64,000 bases of DNA. Origin: Phoronis australis. Lineage: Eukaryota > Animalia > Phoronida. A program made the translations under genes and the position numbers. The notes below the pieces were generated by a model, which was given only the letters and a program-made list of their open reading frames with translations, was not told the origin of the DNA and made no database searches. Location: NCBI GenBank assembly GCA_002633005.1, contig NMRA01000052.1, forward strand, positions 672,722-736,721, given 5' to 3'. The number at the start of each line of letters is the position of its first letter. Positions within the stretch are counted from its first letter, which is position 1. Positions 1-12,311 of this stretch are shown in pieces.

Positions 1-3000
1 CTTCCGGTAGGCATTGTTTGAAAAGGTTAGGGGGGTTTATTAAGGAAATGGAAATGGAGATGTTTGAATTATTGTCCATTAGAATGAATTAGTTGTATTG
101 TTTTATAGATACTTCTATGTTTGTTGATAAAGAAACCAAAAGAAATTTAATTATTTCACTGCTTTTTATAGCAAATCGAGTCTTTTTTAATTTGTGCTTT
201 TTATGGTTACCTTGTAAATTATGTTATAAGTTTCTCATGAGTGTTGTCTATTCGCATAATCCTAAACATTTAATTTTTTTGAAACAATACTTATTTTGAG
301 GCTGTTTGCTTTTAGTGTTTTTTTGAAAGTATTATGACATTTTTTTCAACTGTTAATGTCACACTTTTCATCATGACGTAAGTTTGAATTTTCTGTTTCT
401 TCCCCGCTGGAAATTATTTTCTGACTCTTATTTTTAAGAGCTGACACCACATTCCAAGCCCTAATTATTGAACAGGTAATAACTTACCTGGTGACCGTCG
501 ATCTAGAGTAAAATCCCAACCAAGTTAAGTGTCAGCTGCCTGCGCTTGCAAAAACACATCCTTCCTGCTGGACTAGTTTGAAGATGTAAAAATCTGGCTC
601 ATTGCCCCCAATAATATTTATCATTGCAATAGACTCTGCAGCATTTTCTTCATTGGTGGACCAGTCCACTTTTCCAACTGTGGGGGTTACCGTTAATCCC
701 CAGTGCAAACTATCTCATTAGCTTGGCCCTGTGCTAATCCCGATGATCTGTTTGTGGTTGTTGGTTAAGACCCTTGAGTTGAACCTGTGGGGTTTCATTC
801 TTGTTCAGCTAAAAATTTATCCTGGCAATGTTTGTGTTTGTTGTTGTTGTTGCAAGCAGTTTGTCTTTCTTGGGGAGCCACTGGCTTCTTCTATATTCCC
901 TGCCTAATGGGGCCTGACACTGCAATGTATTTATATCTGCTAACTGTCAAAACTGTAATCAGATTTGTTCTAACTCCTCAGAAATAGCTCACTATGACTC
1001 AGAAACCCTCAAACTGGTGTCTTAGTTTTATTTTTGCTTTATCATTGTTGTAACTTATTAATAAACGAAATATACAATTCAAAGTATTTTTCTACTGTTA
1101 TGCCTAAAGATTTTATTAATTATTTTGGAATTATCAATCAATCAACTTGAATTCTGTAATATAGGCCATAGGTTCCCGTACGAAAATATTTTAAAATACT
1201 TAGGTGTAGATGGGATCATATTTGTTCACAATGTTTCAAATCAGACGTGGACTTCTGCGCACAGACTGCTATATGTGAATTCATGATCATATCGACATGA
1301 GACCATGTAAAAGTATTAAGTGCAGAATTCTTAGGCTGTGTTTCAGCCAGAGTTCAGCCAGTTTTGGTTGAGGAAATCATGTGCCTGAGGTCCACAACAA
1401 CTTGCAAATACGCGATCCTGGTTAGTAAAATTAGGGAAAAAATCATGGAAGGAGCGTTTATAGTTTTGTGATCTGATCCTGATGGAATGTTTTCAGGAAT
1501 ATGCAAGTAGTTCAGCCAAGACTTAGAACCATTCATTCCTCTGTCAAAATGATACTGAATCCTGAAACAGAAAAATTGTGTTGACCATCCATGAGGAGGT
1601 GTGTCATGCTTACCTTTGATTGCTGAATCCTGCGTAGTATTCTTATTGTGAAGACTGATGTCAGACCAAGATCTAGTCCCGTGTATAGCCATATATTAGT
1701 GTGTCCACACTCCACCAATTATTCATTGTAAATAGTAATTTCCGTGGGCAGCCAAGTTACTGTGGACGCGTGTTAGTCAGAGGCCTCTGTACAAAACCAC
1801 CGACCCCCTACGCTGTAGCTTGCACCCTTGTGGGAAAGTTACAAACAAAACATACCCTTTTATTCCTGTTGTTTATCCTTCTCGTACATTGTTACTGTTG
1901 CCGGTAATAAAAGCAGCTCCCTTTAAATGACAGGTTTACTTGTCATTGTTGGGAAGTTGCTGCCTCAGTTATCGCAATATTTACTTTCCCTCAAATTCAA
2001 CTGGCTGTCGTTTTTTTCTTTTATTGGGATTAGAAACCCGTGGACTTGAAATTGGTTGTGTTTTGTTGCTACGTAATGAGGTGTCCTGAAAGTGAACGGA
2101 TTCAAAATGTTTTTCTGTGTCAGAGTTGAGAGTCATTTTTGTTCCGTTGAGTTATTCATGTTAATGGAAAATTATTTTGTTATCGGCCTGAAAAAACTTT
2201 TCCACTGAACCAATGAGAAATACCCAATGTCTGAACTATTTGAAATTGACACGTGTATTTATCGAATATTAATTATGGTTCTTATTGCTGCAAAACAAAA
2301 TTCTCAAACTTGAAACCAACATTTTCCAAAACATATTCCAAAATAATATATGTATTTTTGTATGCTTCATTTGTGGGTAAACGAATTTACAAAATTCTTA
2401 CATGTAAAATCACAAACAAGATCTAGTTTCTTCAAATTCGAAAATAAGTGCCACTCCCAGAGCTTACTGCATTGCTAAAACGTTCAGAATTTCACCATGT
2501 GTTGGGTTACTGTGCTGATAATGAAGTAAACATTTTTTTAAATTCATTTTGAGAAATTTGACTTAAAATTTCAAGTTACGTTTTATCTTGCTCTAAATTG
2601 ACAGAAACTTTGTCTTACTAGACCATAAATATTTTGGCATCGTTCTATTTTTAAAATAATTTAGATCTTAGGTATAGTTTTTCTAGTGATAGAAAACTGA
2701 AGTTTGAAAAATGCTTTCAAAGGTTCTGAATTTATGTTGACCACTTCACTGCTGATTCAGGGGTAATTTTTGGAGCACGCCCGTATCATTGGGGCTTAAA
2801 AAAATTCATTGACGCACCGTTATTGCTTAATACGGGTCAATGGTCGCATTAAAATTCTGGCACAACATAGATTATTTTGTTTTGAATAATACGCATTACC
2901 TTCAAATTCTAACGCAAGTACTATACAGAGCAGCTGATCAAAACTAATTTGTTAGTCAAGCAAAACAACAATGTTGCGATATTGAGTCTGAAAATACAGA

Positions 3001-5178
3001 TCTAATTGTTGATATATGTTGTCTGTTCACTACTCACGTAATATACTGAGGTAACAGGTGACATCACCCACGTGAAAGTGTGGCCCCTAGCTCCCCAAAA
3101 ATCAAGTCAAACAAAGATAAAAATGCTAATGTGATCCATATGTCCTGTTGGCTCTTAAGTTTGAGGCCATGCAGGTCAGTTGACCTACAGTCACATTTTT
3201 CTAAAAGTGATCCATACTAATCAGTCAACGCGTCTCATAATTTGATCTAAGAACAATATAATTTCTATTCATGTTAACCATAATTAAAGCCTCTTGACAC
3301 ACTTAACTTAATACTGCACCAGCCAAGAAACTTCATTAAACATTAGGTGAATGCTAGCAAAATATTTATGTGTTATTGCAAGCCCGTTATAATAATACTC
3401 TCAGTTCATTGACCAACTACATTGGATCAATGAAAGAATTATGACTAAATACTAGAGAATAACACATTGGCTGTTATTAAGTAAACAGTGACAACCTGTT
3501 TGTTACTGTTTCGGACATTGTCATTGGCTGATCTCCAGATCAGGGCCTCACACAGGTATACAGTCACTGCCACCACTAGGGTCTGTGGTTGATTAAAACA
3601 ATGCATTGGTATGCGGAGTCTGAAAGTCTTGGAATTCCAGGGAAGTTTTGATAAAAGGTGTATTAACTTTCTACTTTCCTACACCTGTCTGGGACTGAGT
3701 CGCATTACGCTCCATGGCCTTTGGGAGTTATTGTGGTTTTATTTGCTAATGTTTGATGGTTCTGAAATGTTTAGAAATGTTGGCGATAATTGATTCATTG
3801 TTTCTTGTTGATGTGGATTTAATATTTACTAATGTGTTGCTAGTGTGCCAAAGCATGTCCCAATTTATATAGGTACTGCAATTGGCAGTCTCCTGGCTAT
3901 TCAAACAGTACATGTAAAGCACAGTTCAGAATATACCCTAAAACTATTTTGGTTGTTGCGTTATGAAGTTTTTGATTATATGCTCATGAGCCATTGGGCT
4001 AATTGTTGTCACAAAGATGTATAAAGCTTCATAAATACAAATTGACAATTTCTGGATAGAAATTGGCAAATCAATATCTGATGGTAAAATAAGTTGTTTA
4101 AAATTCTCTCATCACGACCGAAATGTAAGTTTTGCTGTTATTCCCCAGTGCTGAATCTCTGTAGCAATCATGTGCCACCTTTTGACAAATTTGTTTTTCT
4201 CCACAGAATCTAATTATCTTTAATATCCTCGCACAATCTTAAATGCATTTTGTAAAAATTACTACAATTGCTTTCATTTCGTTATTCATTTGAATATTTA
4301 ATTACCAGTAAACTTCAGAGCAAGCATTTCTTGTCACTGTCTCTGATACGTGCCTCTCAGTCAAAGAAAAAATGTACAGGTGACACTGGGCATATAAGAA
4401 ATATATCTTGAAGTTGACACATCTTTTTTGTTAAAAAAGTAAGAATGAGAAAAAGTCGTGTCGTTTTTTAGCATAGAAGCAAGCTTTTGAAAAACGGAAA
4501 TGTCAAATTTGCCAAATTTTTTAAAGCTCGGCTATCACAGAGCAGAAGCCAGTTGATCAAATTAGTGCATGTACTGTAACAGCAGCCAGTCTTGCTTGCT
4601 TCCCTAGGAGCTGTGAACTGGTAGAAGTTTCCATCAAAATAGTGCAAAGCAGAAGCATTAATTTTTCTTCTGTGCACTTTCATTGTAAGTAATGATACAT
4701 ATCCGTGTACGATAATATCGCAGTCTAAACAAATTTAACTTGGATTTTGGCACTAGTCATACAGTCAGCGTCTTTGTAGCTAAAGCTGTACAGTGCATTT
4801 CGCCCTGTGTAGGCTTCTTAAGTCTCAACAAAGTGGTCTAAAAAATTTCTTACTATGATAGGGCTGGTTTTCTATTTCTAAGAAGAACAGACAAACCCAC
4901 AACAGGTCAAGAAAAGCGTCGGAAAATTGTTGATTTTTTAAAATTCAGGGATTTCTATTCAAAAGTAGGTCGGTCATGTGACACAACAATGACCTATTTT
5001 GTGATTGCCGTAATTCTTCACTTATTTCACTCAAAAATAACTTTTCTATTTTTAAACACTTTCTACCTTGCCGCAAATAGTGGAGACGTTGCCAATATGT
5101 TGTTTGTTGTTTTATAACACAACTTCACAGTACAGCCCATGTAGGTTTGTTGGTCAATGCGATATTTTCTTATTTCAG

Positions 5179-8100
5179 GTATAAGTATTGTGTTCCTCAA
5201 CAAAGATGACGAAGGCAAAGTGTGGGCATACAGGATAATATTCCCGTTAGTTTGGGTCATCATGGTGCTGTTTCCTCTCATACAGGTGAGTTATGTTGGT
5301 CTGTTGACGCGAGATCTTGAGAACTTTGTGAGGTATTGTCACGCATTGCAAGCGACACACATGACCACACTGGCTTTACTCGCAAGATTCTTGCATCTAT
5401 GGAACGCTGCCGTGGTAAGGGCTTAACAAATCTTACTATGAAGTTCCACCAATTCTGGAGAAACAGCCATTTTTGTTTTTCAAAAGGATTGTCACGAAAG
5501 TGCCCAATTTTTCGAAATATTTTGTGTTGATAGCTGCAGTGCAATTATTGTTATAAATATTGTAATTGAAAATTGTATAAAACATAATGCATTTATTTTG
5601 TCTGTAATAAAATGAGAAAACTAAATTCTATTTTCCAATCATATTATGTTCTAAATTTATACGATTTTACTATGTATGGGTCTGGTCAGACTTACCACAC
5701 AATGATTCTTTTTATAACGTAAAAAAACAGCAAATGTGATACAGTTTTAGATGTACGTGCAGATTCAAAGAAATGGTAAACTTCACAAACACAAGCACAG
5801 CAATGCTGTTTGACTAAGATTCATAGACTGACACAGCTCCATAACGTCATGGAAAGCTTATTTCCACTCACTGTCAATGGGGAACAAGTATTGTGGCTCT
5901 GTCTGGTACTGTTCATACTTCCATTTCATTTACAAAGAACACATTTTCCACTCGTAAAAGCACATCAAATATATATTACATTAAAATCTCACTAATTTAG
6001 GACACAGTGTGCTGGATAGGCGACATTTTATTTTCTCATTTTTTCGTAAATGACATCAGAATGATGCTTTACCATATCTCCATTTTGAAAAATTGTGGGC
6101 ATCTACAACAATATTAGAAGCATCGAAACATGAAAAACATATTTTTGGGAAATTTTTTGTCTGAAATTGGTATGATTTTAGCGTATTCTCTAAATAAAAT
6201 TTCAGTAACTGTGCAGTTCAAATGTTTTGCAGATCGTATTCAACAAGTAGGCAAGTTTGTATTAAATTACTTGGACTCAACTTTCTGCAACGCCCTTGTG
6301 TATGAAACGATATATGTTTAAAATCGCAATATACAACTACTACAGTACTGTACACAATTGTAATCAGATCACTGGTACATAATGGCATAACTGTGAGTAA
6401 TAGATTCCACAAGTATCGGCTTACTCGTGACGAAAACCATTCCTCCTCCCCCTGTGGAGACATGTGCTCCCCCTGTGGACACACATGCTCCCCCTGTGGA
6501 GACACATGCTGTGTGCACTGCAAGAAACAAATTTTTTATACGTGATTCATGATATCCATGTCAATTAAAAGTTTAATGAATAGCCTGTTACAAAGAACAT
6601 TTGTTGACCTTTAGATTTGGCTAGAGTAGGGCAATAGTCGGGTGTAACTGTCCGTATTTTGAGAACCAGTTTGGTGCCCGTTATTCATTGGAGAAAATTG
6701 GTTCTCAAAATTCAGGCACGTTATATCCGACCATTACCAAGAGTTGGATAAACTATAACACAGGCTGGTTTACCTTTCCATTTTTAATTTCTGAAGTTAG
6801 ACAGTCACTTAAAGTGGCAAAAAAGATAATATGCAATTATAATTTGTTGCCCTTGTACTATGACTGCAAATACTTTTGTGTAAGTTGTTTTCTCAAATGA
6901 TGTATTTTTACTATGTTGTGATTTGATTTGGAGATTGCTGAGCATTATCAATGCTTTTTCATGCTGTAGAAAAAATGAGTAAGGGAAATTTCCAACAAAT
7001 TTTCCTAGGCCATTAAAAAGTACATAGTTTTTGCAAAATCCATGTTTCAGTAATTTGGCAGCAGCTATTCCAAAAATTATCATTTTCCTATTTTAGGAAG
7101 TCTGACTATTAAACAGTCGACATTTTACAAGGTGGTTTTATTACCACTTTACTGTGTACAAATCATGCAAATATGAACTACCATAAAATTTCCCCTATTT
7201 GGAAAAATGAAAAAATAATTATTTTTCTCAAGGTCGGAGCTCATCACAAATTCTAGAAATAGGCAATATTGGCCATCTCATATTCAAGAACCACCGGAAA
7301 GACAGCAAAATTACCCATTCTGTGGATGCAAAACACATCTGAAATTTGAAAAATATGATGGATGCCAAAATTGCCCTTTTACCTAACTCCAGAATGAAGG
7401 AAATTCAATTTTTGTAGGAGTTTCCATGTCCCATATTTGAGAGACTGCCCCAAATAGGAGAATTTTTACCATAAGTAGAAATTTCTTTATATTTAGCTTT
7501 GATTAAGAAATTTCACAAATTTATAGTTACCATTCCACCATGTGAACATTTACTGTAATCAGTTACTAAAAAAAATTTTTCCAAAAAGGTGTGTCTTAGT
7601 AATTTCTAAGATAGCAAGGCTGAGTTCCGTAGACACAAGAATCTCACGATGGGAGCTTGTGTGATTGTATGCTTCACTTGTAACACATGGCAATATCTCG
7701 CAAAGACTTGTGTGATCTTGTGTTTTCAAGAGATTCTCAGGTCTAAGGAAGGCGTGCCTGTTCCTATCTATGTATGTTAAGCCACAGGTTGTTGCTGGAC
7801 ATTGTATGGTAGTTCACTTATTTTGCCTAAAAATAATTAGTAAAATGTCCATTTTCCATTTTGCAAAAGCTCATTATATTTACCAAAAATTGTTTTATGA
7901 AACCTGCACAGTACAAGCCATGCTAGTAATAAACTAAAATTTTCTTGATCTTTATTTTTGTGGAGAAATTTGACACATTGAAATTTCACTTGTCAGCCAT
8001 ATTGTGTGCTAAATAAGTGATAAATTACCTTAATCATCCATTCATCCATTGTTTTAGGCAGCGAGGATGAACTCGGTGTGTGCTAAATTCAAGCAGATTG

Positions 8101-9162
8101 CTCTGGATACGCGTATATTTGGCTACCAGAACAACTCTCAACTTGAGCTTGACTCGTTTCTCCTGTTCGTCGCACAAACACGACTTCGGGTAAAGTATTT
8201 AATCCCACTGTTGCTAAGACAGGTTCTCAGCGGAGTTACAACTATAAGAATATGCGTGTCCTGTGCTGTTTCACGCCAATACATGTCGGTGGGTGGATGG
8301 AAAATGGAAAAACTTGCTGGAATTCATTTAATGGCAATGGTGAAACCTGTTGAAAATCATGCTTTCAGGGCTGCCTTCCATAGTCTTATGACACTCACGA
8401 GAAAAGTTAGTGTGGTCACATGGTTTGTTTGTATGACGATATGTCGTGAAGTCTTGAGTGATGTTTTGTTTTCGTGAATGTCCAATACACCCATCACGTA
8501 TACACACTTTTGAGATATCGGCAGCATTTAAGTTTTCTGTCATCGTTGGTGAAGACGTTACTGTGGTGATGTGTCCACTTCTGACCTGTTTTAGTGAGAG
8601 TGTGACTGCATTTGAAGATCCTGTTGCCTTTTTATTGACAAAACGAGTTCTCCGATTTTTACTCACTAAAGCGCACAAATAAAGGTACAATTGTTTTGAG
8701 TTGTTAGATTGCGTTAGCTCTTTTTGATTGAGCATTAGTCTGTTTTCGATTTTTTTGTTGTCAAGTTGAGATTGTAAAAACAAGCTGTTTCTCAGATTAC
8801 CATATCCCTTCTAGGACTGTTAGAAACATCACACAGTCTTTATTGGTTTTTGTCACTTCGACACTCATTTTTAGACACATTTAGCATATACTGAAGCATG
8901 TCAGTAAATCATCACACAATTTGGTTTGGTAGCTTAGCTGTGTCTACAACTTCAGGACTCCGTGAAACCTTCGTGTGTTTGTCTCGTCACTGAGGTTATT
9001 TTGCACTTCCACCACTAATAGCGGCCGTTTTTCTACATCTTCTAGGCCAAAGTTTTCCACATCCCTATCCGCCCATCCTATCTGATTGGACTGTTGGTAT
9101 TGACTGGATTCATGCTACTGGTGTTGTTCCAAACCAGTGTGATTGGCAGCAGATTGGTGTAG
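5179..9162 (+). CDS. Gustatory receptor-like (GRL/7TMIC, GrlHz-like) protein, paralogue 1; last three coding exons only, 5' exons not found in window
   Basis: GT-AG exons 5179-5285 (GISIVFLNKDDEGKVWAYRIIFPLVWVIMVLFPLIQ), 8058-8189 (AARMNSVCAKFKQIALDTRIFGYQNNSQLELDSFLLFVAQTRLR) and 9046-9162 (AKVFHIPIRPSYLIGLLVLTGFMLLVLFQTSVIGSRLV*), with consistent phases. The C-terminal hydrophobic helix ending ..LLVLFQT resembles the GR TM7 motif TYhhhhhQF. Exon boundaries and phases match the minus-strand paralogue. Family assignment is by recognition, not by search. Confidence 0.8.
6446..6510 (+). repeat. 21-bp tandem repeat x3
   Basis: CTCCCCCTGTGGAGACATGTG-like unit repeated three times. Confidence 0.9.
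6633..6735. repeat. ~100-bp imperfect palindrome (small MITE-like hairpin)
   Basis: AATAGTCGGGTGTAAC..ATTTTGAGAACCAGTTT is mirrored by AAATTGGTTCTCAAAAT..GTTATATCCGACCATT. Confidence 0.65.
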
Positions 9163-10797
9163 TGTGCTGCCACCTTTGGGCAAAGGACCACACTTTTCAA
9201 GACCCAGGAAAGTTGCTCATGTTGGATTGTGATTAGCAGTCAAAAAATGGTGTGATTTGCTTCCATCTTCAAGCGCAGGACTTAACTGAACTCATCAATG
9301 GTGCTAGTATTAAAAAGTGAGGGAAATTGTATGGGTGTTGTGTGCTGCCATCTTCAGGTGGAGAACCAAATTAGTTACAGGACACAAGGATGATGGTTTT
9401 GTGCTAAGTGTGTGAATGTGTCATTTGTGTTCACTCTGATGAATTCTATGAATATAGTGTTGTAGTTTGATTGACAGAATGCCTTAATTTCACAGGTTGA
9501 AATCGTTTTAGAGCGTCAATTTTTCTACTGATGTTCTTTGACAATACTGTTTTTGGTATGTAATGTAAATACGAGTCTAGTGTAGCACAGTGTAATCTTT
9601 TGTAGCCGGTATTTCTTAAATATGTTATAAAAATTAATTAAAGCCTTCAATTAAGGCAAAAATGCAATAAAAGAATGATGTATATTTTATGGAACATTTA
9701 TTTGCACCATTTCATGCATAATGTATAACAATTGCAATATGTAGTTTATTGTATAATACACCTTTGGAGCTATATTGAAAAATATATATTTACCAGCAAT
9801 ATAATTAAAAATAAATATTTTATTAACACTCCTTAGTTTCCATTGGTCCGTAAAACTTGAACAACCAACCTACGAAACCTGTCTTTCCCATCGTAAATGG
9901 AGAACTACTTAATTATGGAGCCACTGAAGCAAATTTATTGCCAATGTACACATACGGGAGTAAGGTCCAAGGTAATCTGCCAACTTCAAATTGGAATAGA
10001 TTCAGTTAAAAGCAACTAATCTAGTTTTAAAAGTAACCTGTTCATGAAAAAATCTTTAAAACGGTCTCTATGCTACATCAGGTGTTATGAAACAAACCCT
10101 TGAGTGGAATTGATATTAACTAATAGTATATATTCGAAATGAATTACGAAGCCAAAACTAATCTCTCAGAAGGGAGTTAGCTTTACAATGTATGGCCAAG
10201 TAGTAAAGCAGCTGCTGCGTATCTATTCATTGCTCTTTTTCAACTGGGTGAATGAGTTGATTCTCCCACAGTTGTTCACTGGAAACGAACTGATTTGGAA
10301 TGAATTCACCAGATACAAATCCAATGATGGATCAAGTCTTATCAAGGATGGCGAATGGGAAACGCAGCTAAAAATAATGCACTTTTCTCACAATTAAATG
10401 ACTTTGAAATCTCTCAATGTTTCCTGCATTTTAAATATAACCAGGCTGTAAAATAATCTTTTATCCCATACACGTTTAACCTGTCGAGAGCAATACGGCC
10501 ACGTAATAATGTTTTCAGTATTCACCTCCCGCACTGCTTCAACGGTGACCTCTGATGGAAAGTTCAAATGGTAGGTAAGTGTAGACTTGACATATTTAGC
10601 CAGTTCAATTATCAAAGTTTCAGAATATAGTTCTAAGTAATACAGTTGCAGCAGTATAAATAACACTCGACATGCAATCGGGCCCCAAACCTAACATCTT
10701 GTAAAAAACTTAATTATGACACTTCCATCTCAGTTTTCAGTTGCTAAATATTATACCGTCTGCAACTCGGGCACCTATTCCTCTCTATTTAAAATAT

Positions 10798-10852
10798 CAA
10801 TCTCATGAAAATAGTTAAATATCAACATTATTTAACTATTTTCATGAGATTG
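10798..10852. repeat. Perfect 24-bp inverted repeat with 7-nt loop
   Basis: CAATCTCATGAAAATAGTTAAATA-tcaacat-TATTTAACTATTTTCATGAGATTG. Confidence 0.9.
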
Positions 10853-12311
10853 TTTTCATCTTTGTTATTTCTTTTCAATTAATAAATCGTTTTATTTAAA
10901 ACAGTTTCTTTTACTAGAGAAAACCTGCAACCTAACAAGCAAGTACATACACATAGGATGTGATTCGCCACATGGACAGTCTGATTGAAGTATTTTAATT
11001 AAAAAATCTGCAGAAAAAAATGAAAGAAACTTTAGGAATTCAAAGCAAATGGGATAAATACAAAACCTACCTACATTGGTATAGATGAAGTAATATCCCA
11101 CTCGACATTGTTCCATATGTCGATACGCGGAATAATGTCTCGTGGTATATTACTTCATGTACGCCACTCTCGGTACATTTTGTGTATTTCACAAGAGTTC
11201 TCCACTTATTGCAAGAGTTCAGTTTCAACAACTTTTGAATTTGCACCAACACTCAATAAATGAAAATTTTCATCTGCAACAGAAAAACAACGCGCTGCAT
11301 TCATTTGAGTATTTTTTGGTAATTTGGAGGTGGGTAACACACAAACCAGGTTACTAAGATAGTCATGAGTTCAGAGTATAATCTGAGACCATATTAAAAT
11401 AATCTGCTACATTACCAAACACCGAATTAAACCCTCTGTCTGCTGTACATGGCCAGCTAATTGACTTTTAATTGGAAAAATGTTCATCCCTATCTATAAT
11501 CCATTGAAATGATAATGAATTTAAAGCAATGGAATTCAACATCAGTTTTTAGTTCGCCGTTGCCAGCTTGACACCAAATTACCACTGTGATGTAACGGGA
11601 CACTTGATTGGTTTCCCAAAAACCTCAAAAATTGCAAAATATCTGCGGATGAAAGAAAGTATGTTTCATCCATTTCACAACAATAAAACATGCTGTGCTA
11701 CATGTATGATTGCCACCACGATGGGACCTGACTAAACATCGTAAATATGGCCATGTTGGTTAAACCTAAATAATTATAAGTATGAGATTTGATCCGATAC
11801 TGCACTAGCACCACATATGTAACAGACCTAAAGTTTCAAGTGACATTACACACGGCTCTTGGAGCCATATACTGACTAAGCTAGGACTAGAAATTACATT
11901 CGGATTCCTATCTAATTGAAGCTCCACGGAGCGTCATCATTGGCTAGACATAATCAGCACTGCGTGGGACTTTAATGTGAGAATACCATTAAAAAATTTT
12001 TCAGAATCCTTGGAAGTTACACATGCAATACCTATAGTAAACACATGAACCATTCATTGTAAACAAAGCAGATTTGCAACAGCTACCCAGCCAAAGAACA
12101 CAAAACTTCACTCTAGACTCGACTTGAAAATTGACCCATTACAGAACTTGAAAGTTTACCTAGAGCATCGCCACATGATTTGTCAGTTTTCAAGTTGTGT
12201 CTTCAGTATAGTTCAGTGGTTTTTGGTTTGGATCTTGGGATCAGTGCCACAATGTGACTATTCACTGTCATTTCGTAGAATGTCATTATTTGATAATGCT
12301 TTGTCTTAAAG

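Noticed and set aside
1-12. Possible end of the preceding GRL1 exon (..TCC G|GTAGGC, phase 1)
   Set aside because: The phase would fit, but only 6 exonic bases are visible. No convincing upstream GRL1 exon was found in 1-5178.
8328-8783. 151-aa antisense ORF in the last intron of GRL1
   Set aside because: It has no recognisable domain or splice context and starts at a non-ATG codon; most likely a chance ORF.
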